From the human T2T-CHM13v2.0 reference genome, Homo sapiens: 64,000 bases of DNA. Numbering within the stretch: position 1 is the first letter of the stretch; each line of letters begins with the position of its first letter. Positions 32,886-45,027 of this stretch are shown piece after piece. The notes beneath the pieces are model-generated. The model was given only the letters and a program-made list of their open reading frames with translations. It was not told the origin of the DNA and did no database searches. The DNA lies in the NCBI RefSeq assembly GCF_009914755.1, contig NC_060938.1; one strand, 5' to 3'. Both the position numbers and the translations under genes were made by a program.

Positions 32886-33153
32886 ACAGAAGTCTATTTC
32901 TTTTTCACTGTTACACTAATAAGGCAGATAGACCGCATGATTGAGGTTAGTCAGGCAAGACCAGAAGCTCAGAGTAGAAAACATGTATGGTAGAAGGCTG
33001 GGAAATAAGGTAGTCCTCCTGTTGCAGAAGTTTGTCTTAGCACTAACCCTGGATATAATGTCCAGATGGGTGAAAAACAGAAACAAACATTTCATTTAAA
33101 GTTGTGAGATTATTACTTGGCCACTTCAGTGATTTATGAGTCATCCTGGATGA

Positions 33154-33502
<349 letters not shown>

Positions 33503-33933
33503 TATTTTTTAATAGTATTCTTGCATATATAATGTTAAAATAGAGGATGAAGAGTATCAGTAATTAGAAATATGTTTATGTATGCATTTCAATATTTTAA
33601 ATTGCCTAGGTGTTTTTTTTTTTCCTTGGAAGTTTACATTTTCTTGGGCTTGATAGGTGCTTTGAAAGTACTTGCTGAATTTATTCAGTGGAAACCTGTG
33701 AAATTGGGAAGGGAGCTAAGTTGAGCCAGTTATCTGATGGACATTTAGGGACCCTGAGGACTAGAGAATAGTGCCTTATGTCATTGTGTGTGTGTCTCAT
33801 AGTGCTTTGCATATTGCTGATACCCAGTAGACATTCGTTACTTGATTGGAGCTAGAGTTTTTGCCACTAAATTTTGCTTGGTTGCTTCTCATTTCAGACA
33901 GTGCCAGTGGCATATACTTTTCTTGTTTTTCAG

Positions 33934-34086
33934 CTGCTCCTGCTAAGGCCAAGCCGGCTGAAGCTCCTGCTGCTGCAGCCCCAAAAGCAGAACCTACAGC
34001 AGCGGCAGTTCCTCCCCCTGCAGCACCCATACCCACTCAGATGCCACCGGTGCCCTCGCCCTCACAGCCTCCTTCTGGCAAACCTG
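33934..34086 (+). CDS. DLST: DLST exon 8 (Ala/Pro linker)
   Basis: tttcag| ... |gtaggc; 153 nt. Confidence 0.96.
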
Positions 34087-34447
34087 GTAGGCTTCCAACT
34101 CCCACATGTCATGTGGGAGAACATCTCGTCTAATATGTTCCTTCAAAGGGTAAACTCTAGACTGATGATGGTTCTGAACAGGCCAGGTTGGCTGCTTTGT
34201 AGAAAGAATTCTAGACTTTGTATCCAAAGGCCTGCTTTGCATCTCAGCTTTCTGTTACTAGCTGTGTGTCTTTAGGCTAGTCACTTAATTTATCTGAACA
34301 GATTGTTCATCTGTGAAGTTGGAGTGATACTAATATACCTCAGAATATCTTGAAGATTAAGTAACAGTACATATGAAAGCACTGGCACAAACTCAGCAGA
34401 TGTTTCTTTCCTTGTCTGATGCAGCTTTATCCTCTTTTCATTTTCAG

Positions 34448-34524
34448 TGTCTGCAGTAAAACCCACTGTTGCCCCACCACTAGCTGAGCCAGGAGCTGGC
34501 AAAGGTCTGCGTTCAGAACATCGG
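34448..34524 (+). CDS. DLST: DLST exon 9 ([10 protein letters not shown]...RSEHR)
   Basis: tttcag| ... |gtaagc; 77 nt. Confidence 0.96.
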
Positions 34525-35411
34525 GTAAGCCTCTGAGGACCACTTTCAGGAAAGAGGCAGGGGGCAGTGTTGAGATTAGTGGAGTATGGGTGTGGTGATG
34601 CCTACCTTTGAATGCCTGGCAGCTCATTCCCTCAACCTTGATAAAGGGAGTTTAGGATATAACTTCTTCATAGTCACATAACCATCAAATGATAGGACTA
34701 GAACCTGAGGTCTTCTGAACACTTGTTCAGTGGTTTTCCTACTATATTATGCTACCAGTGAAAGCCTTGGGTAAGTTAAATATTTGTAGGGGTGGTAGCT
34801 TAGTAACTCACCCCCGTCCTCCCACGATGTCACACGCTTCAGAGAGGTGGTTTAGTGAGCTCTATTCCTATACTTCTGGGATACTTAGCTGTAGCTAAGG
34901 GATAATACTCAGTAGCAATAGCTGTCAGGTGCAGACATAAAGCCTCAAGGAAGTATGGTCAGGATTGTGGTTCCTCTGCCTGAGAATACTTCCTAAAAAT
35001 ATGATAGCCTCGAAAGTTTGTTGCTCATGAGGTTCTGTTCCACAAATAGCTATTCTTATGCAAATCTTTATCAACAGAAAGTGCCCTTTTTCTTATGATT
35101 CTTATGTTGGCTAGACTACACTACACTACATTCTTTTATAAATGGGTTTTGGTTTTTAAATCACTGTTTCTGAGCCTTCATTCTTGGTCAAGCTTTAGGC
35201 ACATCTGAGTGAGTAGTTTTGGCCTGTGTTTGCATGTTTTTGCTTGGAGGAGAAAGGGCCACCACAGGAAAGGGAAGCCTGGAGCTCGTGTACTTAGATA
35301 CTGTAGTCCTTGGCCATCTACTCGTGGCAAGCCGTGTTCTTTCTGACTACACGGGGAATGCTTGACCCAGAGAGATCAGATTGTCAATGCTTGTTCCACT
35401 CTTACTTTCAG

Positions 35412-35509
35412 GAGAAAATGAACAGGATGCGGCAGCGCATTGCTCAGCGTCTGAAGGAGGCCCAGAATACATGTGCAATGCTGACAACTTTTAATGAGAT
35501 TGACATGAG
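35412..35509 (+). CDS. DLST: DLST exon 10 ([15 protein letters not shown]...EIDM)
   Basis: tttcag| ... |gtagtg; 98 nt. Confidence 0.96.
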
Positions 35510-35603
35510 GTAGTGTCTCTAGTCCCTCTTATCCCCTAGGCCCCTTTTTCTTAGAGAACACGAACTTGCCCCACTCCTTATCTAGTGCTGATTCTAAAAC
35601 TAA

Positions 35604-35946
<343 letters not shown>

Positions 35947-36045
35947 TGTTTATTGTTAACTTTCACAGAGTGAGCCGCTGGCTTCTTCTCTAATTGGCTT
36001 TCCTAATACTATGCCTGCCTCCTCCATGACCTTAACCTTAGCCTT

Positions 36046-36252
36046 GGCTAGGTGTAGTGGCTCACACCTGTAATCCTGGCACTTTGGGAGGCCGAGGCAG
36101 GCGGATTGCTTGAGTCCAGGAGTTCAAGACCAGCTGGGTAACAAGGCGAAACCCCACCTCTACAAAAAATACAAAAATTAGCCAGGTGTGGTGGTGCACA
36201 TCTGTAGCCCCAGCTACTTGGGGGGCTGAGATGGGAGGATTGTTTGACCCCG
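36046..36252 (+). mobile_element. 3'-truncated Alu
   Basis: Left arm plus part of the right arm. Confidence 0.88.
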
Positions 36253-36572
36253 TCACTTACATATTTTCCTAAGTGATTCAGAATCGAGTGGATGAAAAGG
36301 CAAAGATAGGCTGGGCTTGTCTTTCATTTTACCCAGCTCTGACAGTGAAATGGAAAACAAGTTGTGTTTTTAAATAACCTTAGAATGTTAACCAAAGGTA
36401 CTAATTCACTAGGTATGCCCATTTCTGTAGTGAGCTAATTGTTGACTTACCTGTTTTCTTCAAGATTTCAATGTGTTCAAGTATCAGCACTGTCAGGAAG
36501 AGAAATTTGACAAACGTGTTTTGAGTGCGTACTGTATACAGAGTACTGTACTGTGGAATTCAGTGGGGATAG

Positions 36573-37253
36573 ACGCTGGGCACCATGGCTCGTGCCTATA
36601 ATCCCAGAGCTTTGGGAGGGTGAGGAAGGAGGATCGCTTGAGCTTAGGAGTTGGAAACCAGCCTGGGCAACATAGCAAGACTGTCTCTACATAAAATTTA
36701 AAAATTAGCCAAGTGAGGGCTGGGTGCGGTGGCTTGCGCTTGTAATCGCAACACTTTGGGAGGCTGAGGTGGGTGGATCACATGAGGCCAGGAGTTCGAG
36801 ACCAGCCTGGCCAACGTGGTGAAACTCTGCCTCTACTAAAAATACAAAAATTACCCAGGCATGGTGGCGTATGCCTGTAATCCCAGCTACTCGGAAGGCT
36901 GAGGCACAAGAATTGCTTGAACCCAGGAGGAGGTTGCAGTGGCTGATATCGCGCCACTGCACTCCAGCCTGGGCAACAGAGCGAGATTGTGTCTCAAAAA
37001 AAAAATTATGTATGGTGGCATGGACCTATAGTCTCAGCTACTTGGGAGGCTCAAGTGATCTTCCTGCCTCAGCCTCCCAAATGGCTGGGACCACTACAGG
37101 CATGTGCCACCAGGCTTGGCCAATTTTTTTAGTTTTTGTAGAGACAAGGTCTCGCTGTGTTGCCTAGGCTGGTCTCCTGAACGTCTAGGGTCAAGCCATC
37201 CTCCTGCTTTGGTCTCCCACTGGGATTACAGGCATGAGCCACCATTCCTGGCC
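36573..37253. mobile_element. Compound Alu cluster: AluJ left arm (+), inserted AluS 36718-37005 (+), right-arm stub (+) fused to an antisense AluJ 37049-37253 (-)
   Basis: Alu consensus segments with an orientation switch at about 37050. Confidence 0.85.
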
Positions 37254-39468
37254 AAAAAAGAATTTTTAAACAGGTCTTCAAGAGTGACTAGCATTTTGTC
37301 AGCCTTGTGGAGAAAGGTCATTCCAGATGATGTTAACAGTGTAGACCATGAGATGGGAAAGTAGAAGACACATTTGAGAAATTGTCAAAAATCATTTCTG
37401 TTGTGAGGATTTTGTATAGCAAAGAATGGTAAAGAAGGTTGGATCCTTATTTCAGAATGTTTTGAATGCCAGGGTAGGAGTTTATATTTAATTCAGGAAG
37501 CAAGTCAAGTCTCAGGTCATCTCTTTCTTTCTTTTTGTCCTGAGGGTTTAGTCTGCGAATCTACTTTTCATTAGAGAAATTTGCTTTTCTTTGGAAAGGG
37601 TTTGAAAAATAGGGAGAAGGGAGTGTTTTCTTGATAGTGCGCTGTGGCATTGTTCAGAGTAGGGCTCTGTGACCTGTTTTACTAGATGTCATCCATTCTG
37701 TTGGGAAACTTTCCGAAGAGACTGGATGACATTCAAGCCAAAGATTTCTCTCTTGTTCATAGGATGTAGGGGAAGGACCTTGACTAATGAATCACAAAGG
37801 CTGCAGCTTATGTTTCAGTGCATTAGGGCCAAATTGTACACAAATTGAATTGGACTTTGAAATTCTACCCAGTTTCTTAAGACAAAACATGTAAATATTT
37901 GTGGCCCTGAAAGATGCAGTTGGCCCAACAGCTTTGATTGGAAAGGAAGCGTAATAGCTGGATCTCCTTTCAGCAGCTAATCAAGGTGTCACTTAACAAT
38001 GGCCTGCGGTCTTGCTGCAGCCTAATTTGGTTTAGATCGAGTGCCCTTTGGGTCTTGTGCTGATCAGCTAACCCATAAGGGACCTTTCTGAGACCTTCTC
38101 CCTTCCTCTATTGTCCCAGCCTTTGCCTCCAAGGGCAGAGCTCTGAAATAGAAGCTACTTAATGACCAGACAATAACATTTGGGCAGGTTTGAGAGCAGA
38201 GATGTTTATCACATCTCTTTCCCTCTTCTGCAGCTCTTGTGTCTTGGGAACCAGTAATGTCTTTAGGGTGGTAATCCTAGCACTAAATAAGGTTAGAATC
38301 AGGAAAACAAGCATTTTAAACCCAATCAGTCCCCCTTGGAAAAACTTCCTTTTTCAAAAACAAAAGATCTGAAGGGGGCTGTTAAAATTGTACCACATCT
38401 TACCTTTCATGCTAATGTCGAATTAGGCCATTAGAGGGAGAAAGGGAGAACTGAGCATTTGGCCCTGAGATAAAGTTAAATTCAATTTTCATCGTAGAAC
38501 TGCATTACTGCATTCCGATAAATACTGAGGTTTATGCAGCAAAGTGATGGGAAAGCCATTTCTCACTAACTCTGCAATGTGTCATTGAAAAAAAACCAGT
38601 CCCAAAAGAATAAAGGCTGCTCATGTTGTAAAGGCTTTTCAGAAGGCTTGCTGCTTAATCTGAAGGGAACCAGCCTAAACCACAAGTGGCCACTTTTCTA
38701 AATACCAAGGAAATCACAGCCATTAAACTAATCTTAGGGCAAGAACTATGTCTTAATTAGCTTTGTATCTTGGTACCTGGCCCTGACCCTCACATGTAGT
38801 AAGGTGTTAGTACCTGTTTGGAAGAATAAGTGGATGGAACTGCCAACCCTGGAAAGATGAAGAACGGATATGACTTTCCGTGGGCCTGAAAGAACACTGG
38901 GTTATACCCTTCCCTGCAGAGTCATGACTGCTTTTTCCCGCATGGAGCCTCATGTACCCATGAGCTGTTTATTTTAGTCTCCACTAATCAAGAGATAGGA
39001 GGAATATCACACGGGAGTTATACTCAGATTTGGTGGGGTTTTTTTTTTTTTTTTGTATTCTAACAAGAAATAAAAAGAATATTGCTTATTTTGTAGATTT
39101 TGTTTATACTTTAAAAAATTTTTTTTCAGGATGGATAGCTCAGTTATTCAGGGCAAGGATGTTGGTGTGCTGTGTGATCTCTTGTTCATATGATGTGTCA
39201 CTGAAATCTGTGACTTCTAGACCATGAAGGAGCCCTGTAAAGAGATCAACCCACCTTAAAGACAGATTGGGCCTGATTCCTGTAGATTTCTTTGTAAAAG
39301 AACAGAGTTACTGTGTTAACCTCAGGTAGACTATTTCAAAACTTGAACTAAGGTAATGGTCCAGAGTGAGGGAAAAGCTCTCACCTAATTGTGTATATGG
39401 ATTGAGAAACCTGTGTGAAAGTCAAAATGCAGGCTTTGTGGTCAGTTTGTTTTGTAATATTTTCACAG

Positions 39469-39599
39469 TAACATCCAGGAGATGAGGGCTCGGCACAAAG
39501 AGGCTTTTTTGAAGAAACATAACCTCAAACTAGGCTTCATGTCGGCATTTGTGAAGGCCTCAGCCTTTGCCTTGCAGGAACAGCCTGTTGTAAATGCAG
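39469..39599 (+). CDS. DLST: DLST exon 11 ([10 protein letters not shown]...PVVNA)
   Basis: tcacag| ... |gtgagt; 131 nt. Confidence 0.96.
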
Positions 39600-41022
39600 G
39601 TGAGTTGCTTGTGGCTGGAATTGGAGAGGTCCTGGGAGGTAGGTGTATGAGCACAGACCTGCTCCCACATGCAGAGGATCAACAGACCAAGGCTTTTTAT
39701 TTGCTACCTATAGAAATATCAGTATCTTCCCCAGGGATTTCTTGGTTCACCTTCCTGAAGCAGCATCATGATTACTTTCTACCCGCCAGCTGGGCAGAAC
39801 AGTTTCTCTTCCCAGTGTACAGCTCGGCAGCTGCTCAGGCAGCAGGCAGTTCTGGGATAGCCCAGCTCTCCAGGCTGTCTCCTGTCAAGGTGGAAGCACG
39901 TGTTCTGGCTTCCTCCCCTCCCCCAGCTCCACAGGCCCTGTTACCTTGGGGCCTGACTTCCACAGTTGGTGTAGGCTCCTGGCTGACCTTTGATCTTAGG
40001 TCGATGGGCCTCACTGGGAGCTTCGGCTTGGCCTCTCATGGACCTGGTGCTTATTTTCTTTCCTTTTTACTTACCTACGTCATTGTAGTGTTGACCTAAC
40101 AAGCACTTTGTTTTCCTGTTGACACACTTCTCTGTTCCTTGGGAGATTGGAGAGGGGTCAGTGCTACTTTTGCCATCCTCAGCAGTGTCAGGGGCCCTAA
40201 AGGTCTAGAAGTAGAAGCCCTAGTCCCTCCTGTTGAGTGGTGCTCTAGGGAGGTAGAAGGCCATCTTTGTTTTGCCCAAATGTATACCTCTTCTTTTTCC
40301 CATTCTTCTCATGCCTCCCTGACTGGCTCTCATCTTTTTCAGTGGCCCCCTTCTGCTTGCCCACACATGTAGGCGGCTCTCAAAAGTTCTCGTGGCCTCT
40401 TTTTCACATTACATGCTTCCTCTGGATGTCTTATCTAACAATACAACATGGACTTTCTGCGGAAATGATTCCCAAGCCTTTATTTTCCCATTAGTTGCTA
40501 GGTGTACATTTTCAGATGCTGGTTTGCCATCTCTTGAGGTAGCATATTTCAAAGCCAGATCACCCCGCTTACTCTTGGATCTCCCCTCTTCCTCTTGTTG
40601 AGAGTTGGAAGCAGAGAATGGGTAGTATCTCTATATCCCTTTTCCTTTGCTAATTTGCCCTTTTTTGGAACATTTGTTAACCCTAGTCATTCTCTGCTAA
40701 AGGAGGGCTTGACTAGAGCTACTTAACGAGAGTTTAGTGCATACCTATCCTATGGAAGCCAGTGTGTTGAGCCCTTCTTAGGGCTGCCAAAGAAATGGAT
40801 GCTCCTATGCCCAGGCTCAGTCAGGGACTTGGGAGATACTATACTTGGGATGGGAGTAAGTGGAATGCCAGCTGCCATGCATAATGCAGTGGTGTTCATG
40901 GTGGTTGGTCAGCCCACACTGTATCAAGCTCTGCAGATTTTTACTCTGTTAATGCACATATTACCTCATTAGTCTTGGCCTTCCTGGGGAGTTGTATGTA
41001 ACATGTATTTTCTCTCTCATAG

Positions 41023-41096
41023 TGATTGACGACACAACCAAAGAGGTGGTGTATAGGGATTATATTGACATCAGTGTTGCAGTGGCCACCCCACGG
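41023..41096 (+). CDS. DLST: DLST exon 12 ([24 protein letters not shown])
   Basis: tcatag| ... |gtatgt; 74 nt. Confidence 0.96.
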
Positions 41097-41388
41097 GTAT
41101 GTTGGGGCAGGAGGTGGGGAATGTTGGTCTTAGACCCTCACCTTATCTGTGTGAAGGAGATCACACAAGAGAAATCATTTCTTTAATTCTGTATTTTTAG
41201 AAGGGAGTTAGTAAAAGTAACCTTTTTTTTCTTTTAAACCATGCCGCATTCTTTTAACACTTTCTGTTAATCACACTGAGTAATGAAGGTATTCTAGGGA
41301 GGGCATACCATGGGTTGAATCAAGGGAGTTGTTAACTATAAAAGGTACTATTAATTTGCAACTGAAAACAGCTTTTCACCCCCTTCAG

Positions 41389-41472
41389 GGTCTGGTGGTT
41401 CCAGTCATCAGGAATGTGGAAGCTATGAATTTTGCAGATATTGAACGGACCATCACTGAACTGGGAGAGAAG
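41389..41472 (+). CDS. DLST: DLST exon 13 ([11 protein letters not shown]...ELGEK)
   Basis: cttcag| ... |gtaaag; 84 nt. Confidence 0.96.
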
Positions 41473-41829
41473 GTAAAGTAGAAAGATGTATACAAGCTGC
41501 TAAGCAGGCGAGGGAAGAGAGCCTTCAGAAGGCTGGGCTCACTAGCAAGCAGTGCTCATGGAAAGTCAAGTGCATAGCCCCTGAGAAAAGCAGTTGCCCA
41601 TGAGAGCTAAGTATTTTATATATCTGGTGGAGTTTACCATGCTCTGGTAACTGAAATCTCATCAGATGAGACCTGCTAGAAAAGATCATCTTTGAAGTCT
41701 TCAACTGTATGAAATTGTGCCTTTTCTCTGGTGGAGCACTGGTCATAGACACCTTAGCCGAACAACTGTCACACGGAAGCTAGCGCTTGTGCCATCGATC
41801 TCGATACAAGCTTTCTGGACTTCCTTTGC

Positions 41830-42100
41830 TTTTTTGTTTTTAGAGGCAGGGTCTCGCTGTGTTGCCCAGGCTGGAGTAGAGTGGTAGAGTCATAGCTTAC
41901 TGCAGCCTTGCACTCCTGGGCTCAAGCGATTCTCCTGCCTCAGCCTCCCAAGTAGCTGGGACTACAGGTGTGCACCACCATGCCTGGCTAATTCTTAAGT
42001 TTTTTATACAGATGGGGGTCTCACTATGTTGCCCAGGTTGGCCTTGAACTCCTGGCCTCAAGCAGTCCTCCTGCCTCGGCCTCCCAAAGCGCTGGGATTA
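41830..42100 (-). mobile_element. AluJ
   Basis: Alu consensus. Confidence 0.9.
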
Positions 42101-42165
42101 TGGACTGACTTTAGGTGAAGGAAACTGGGTTGGCTTGATATTTCAATTATGAAATCTGTTTTTAG

Positions 42166-42333
42166 GCCCGAAAGAATGAACTTGCCATTGAAGATATGGA
42201 TGGCGGTACCTTCACCATTAGCAATGGAGGCGTTTTTGGCTCGCTCTTTGGAACACCCATTATCAACCCCCCTCAGTCTGCCATCCTGGGGATGCATGGC
42301 ATCTTTGACAGGCCAGTGGCTATAGGAGGCAAG
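42166..42333 (+). CDS. DLST: DLST exon 14 ([22 protein letters not shown]...IGGK)
   Basis: ttttag| ... |gtagga; 168 nt. Confidence 0.97.
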
Positions 42334-42464
42334 GTAGGAACCGTCACTTCTAAGGTCCTAGTGGCTAGGTCTCGATGAAAGGGAAATCCAACTAAATGCT
42401 AATTGTAAAACATTAACTATAATTTCAGGCCTAAGTTCCATTTCTTAGTTTCTAATAGCTAAGG

Positions 42465-42600
42465 CACTGATTATCAAATTGTGGTCTGGATCAGCATCAT
42501 CTGGGACCTTATTAGAAATGCATATTCTTAGACCCCATCCCAGACTTAAAGAAGAAGTGCAGATGATCCTGATGCATATTCAAGTTTGAGAACCACTGAG
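42465..42600. mobile_element. MER5A-type element
   Basis: cagcatcatctgggaccttattagaaatgcatattcttagaccccatcccagac...aagtttgagaaccactg. Confidence 0.8.
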
Positions 42601-43295
42601 CTGAGGAGGCTTGTTTGCTTCTATGGAGTGGGGGATATAGTTGGAAACGTGGTCCCTTGCCCCTGGGAAACAGATGACAATTATGCATGTCAGTCTGTGA
42701 GCTGCCAAGTTGTATGATAAAGCTTGTAAATTTCCCGGGAGTTCAGAGAATTAAGTATTAAAAGGGGCTTGAGCTGGCCCTTAGAAGATACGTTGGTATC
42801 AAAAAAGCTTTCTGGGAACTCCTGTGTTTAGAATCCTTTTGGGTTACTGACTCCTGTGTGAAACCACAGTCTGTAGATCTTCCTGGAAAATGCCCATACA
42901 CCCAGCTACACATACAATTCCAGAATTTGTAGACCCTGGCTTAATTTTTTTTTTTTTTTTTAAATTCTAACCCCAGAGAGAAGCAAGTACAGGCAGCCAG
43001 AACTGAAGGGAAAACTTTCCTTGTAGGCAGCAGATGCGTTAGAGGGCAGAGTATGTTTTTAAAAAATAAAAGGCAGTTGTGAGAAGACAGTTTTCTTGGC
43101 AAACTTTGTTTCTGAGTGGGGAAGCTTTGCACTGAGGGTAAGTCCTGGTCTTTGAAATACTGTAAATATGCAGAGGCAACATCAATAGGAAAGGCTCTGG
43201 AATTAGGAACTTTCTTATGGGCTGTGCTAAATCTCCTTCAGCGAGGCTGGCTGTGGCTTGCTGGAGACAAACCTATTTACCTTTCCTCTCTGTAG

Positions 43296-43430
43296 GTAGA
43301 GGTGCGGCCCATGATGTACGTGGCACTGACCTATGATCACCGGCTGATTGATGGCAGAGAGGCTGTGACTTTCCTCCGCAAAATCAAGGCAGCGGTAGAG
43401 GATCCCAGAGTCCTCCTCCTGGATCTTTAG
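43296..43430 (+). CDS. DLST: DLST exon 15 coding part ([20 protein letters not shown]...LLLDL*)
   Basis: ctgtag|; catalytic DHRLIDG; TAG at 43428-43430. Confidence 0.97.
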
Positions 43431-44820
43431 GAGGAACCCACACACCCTACAAGTTGATCATGCAGGAACTGAAAACCAGTCTTCTCCCTGTCCCCTCATG
43501 GGTCCCGGGTTAGCCTGGTGACAGGCAGACACATGCTGTTGGCCTCAAGCAAGGAAGCAGAGCACTGTGTAACCAGCAGTCACAGGTCTTTTCTTGGCGT
43601 TCCTGCCAGGCTCTCCCTCTCTGCACCTGTCTCATAGCCTCGAATATCTTAATTCCTTAGGCTTAAGAGAGAGAGCCTTAATGGATGCTCATTCATATTC
43701 CTGCCTTTCTTCCATCAGCTCTCTGCAAAGATGATTTTGCTTTTCCCTAGTGCTGGTATACTATAGAGAAACCCCTGGGGACCATGTGATTAAGTTCCTA
43801 TCTTTTGAAAGTTTGTTCTGCAGAGACTTCTAGGAGGATGCTGTGCCTCCCAAGCTCAGAGCAGCCTCTGTCCTGGCTGTGCACATTCTCCCTTGATTCC
43901 ACTTGTGTGGAGGGATTGAACACAGGCAAAGAGGTGCTGCTTTGCTTCTTCAATGGCACCTTCATTCTCCGTTGTCATTGACTTCAAGATGCCTCTTCTA
44001 CCTCTTCCAGGAAGCACAGGCCAGGGGATCTGGGTGTGTGAGTGGGAGGAGAGGGCAGAGGTCCCCTGAGGTCATGCATTGTAATCATCATAGAAGGAGA
44101 GCCCAGGCCTGCCCTCACGCTCTCCATCATAGGCTGACACCAAGAAGACTCGTCTTGGCACAATCTCACACAGCTGGGGCTGTAGCAACCCTTTCCAACC
44201 CCTTTGCTGGTTGCTGGGCCTCATTCTAGCACCTTGTTCTTAGAGCAGATTCTAGCACATCATGGCAGTGGGACCAAGCGTGGTCCCGAGGAAGGGCCAG
44301 AGCCTGGTAGAGACTAGGGAAGGGAGGTCTCCTCTAGACTGACTTACATTGCCTTGAGCTTTTCAGTTAAGTTGCTGTAAGCACCTGGGCTGAGGAGGCA
44401 GTTTTTGTTCCTTCCTGCGTTATAGCGGGGCCTTGTCTCTTCCTCTGCAGGACACAGATCTGGAGGACGTGGACTGGGGTAGGAAACCACCCTGAGGGTG
44501 TTAGTACCTAGTGGTGAAACGGATGAGGTCATTTCTAAGGTGTGTTGCCCGTGGATCTGGGCACAATCATTGGAATTCCTTGGAGCCACTGGGATTCATG
44601 GCTTTGTATCCAACTGCATCCAGGCCTGAGGCTGCTGACGTTTGACACCAGGGCCAGTAGAGAGTGCCCTTTTGTATCTTAAGCCAAGAAGTGAGGCCTG
44701 GGGGTGGGGGAGGGGGGAAGGGGTGGGAGCCAATACTGAGTGCCTGCAGCATCTACTACTCTGTCTTCACTATTCAGAACTTGTAACTAAAGTATTTAAA
44801 GAAACTGATTTTAAATGCAA

Positions 44821-44826
44821 ATTAAA
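44821..44826 (+). terminator. DLST: DLST poly(A) signal ATTAAA (3'UTR about 1.4 kb)
   Basis: ATTAAA with upstream TGTA and downstream GU/U-rich sequence. Confidence 0.75.
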
Positions 44827-45027
44827 GGGCAGATATTCTCAAACAGGGTTCCTGTATCTGTTCCTTTTGGCTACTGAGGTGGTACAAGTCCCCAGCACTG
44901 TTGCACTGAAATTATTGAAAGCCACTCAAGGTCCTGTTGCTTATTTTGTGAAATCAGAAATCCCTTATGTGGAACTTAACACTCATAATTTGACAGAAGG
45001 TAGAACCCTGACTGCCAGCCGGGAAAG

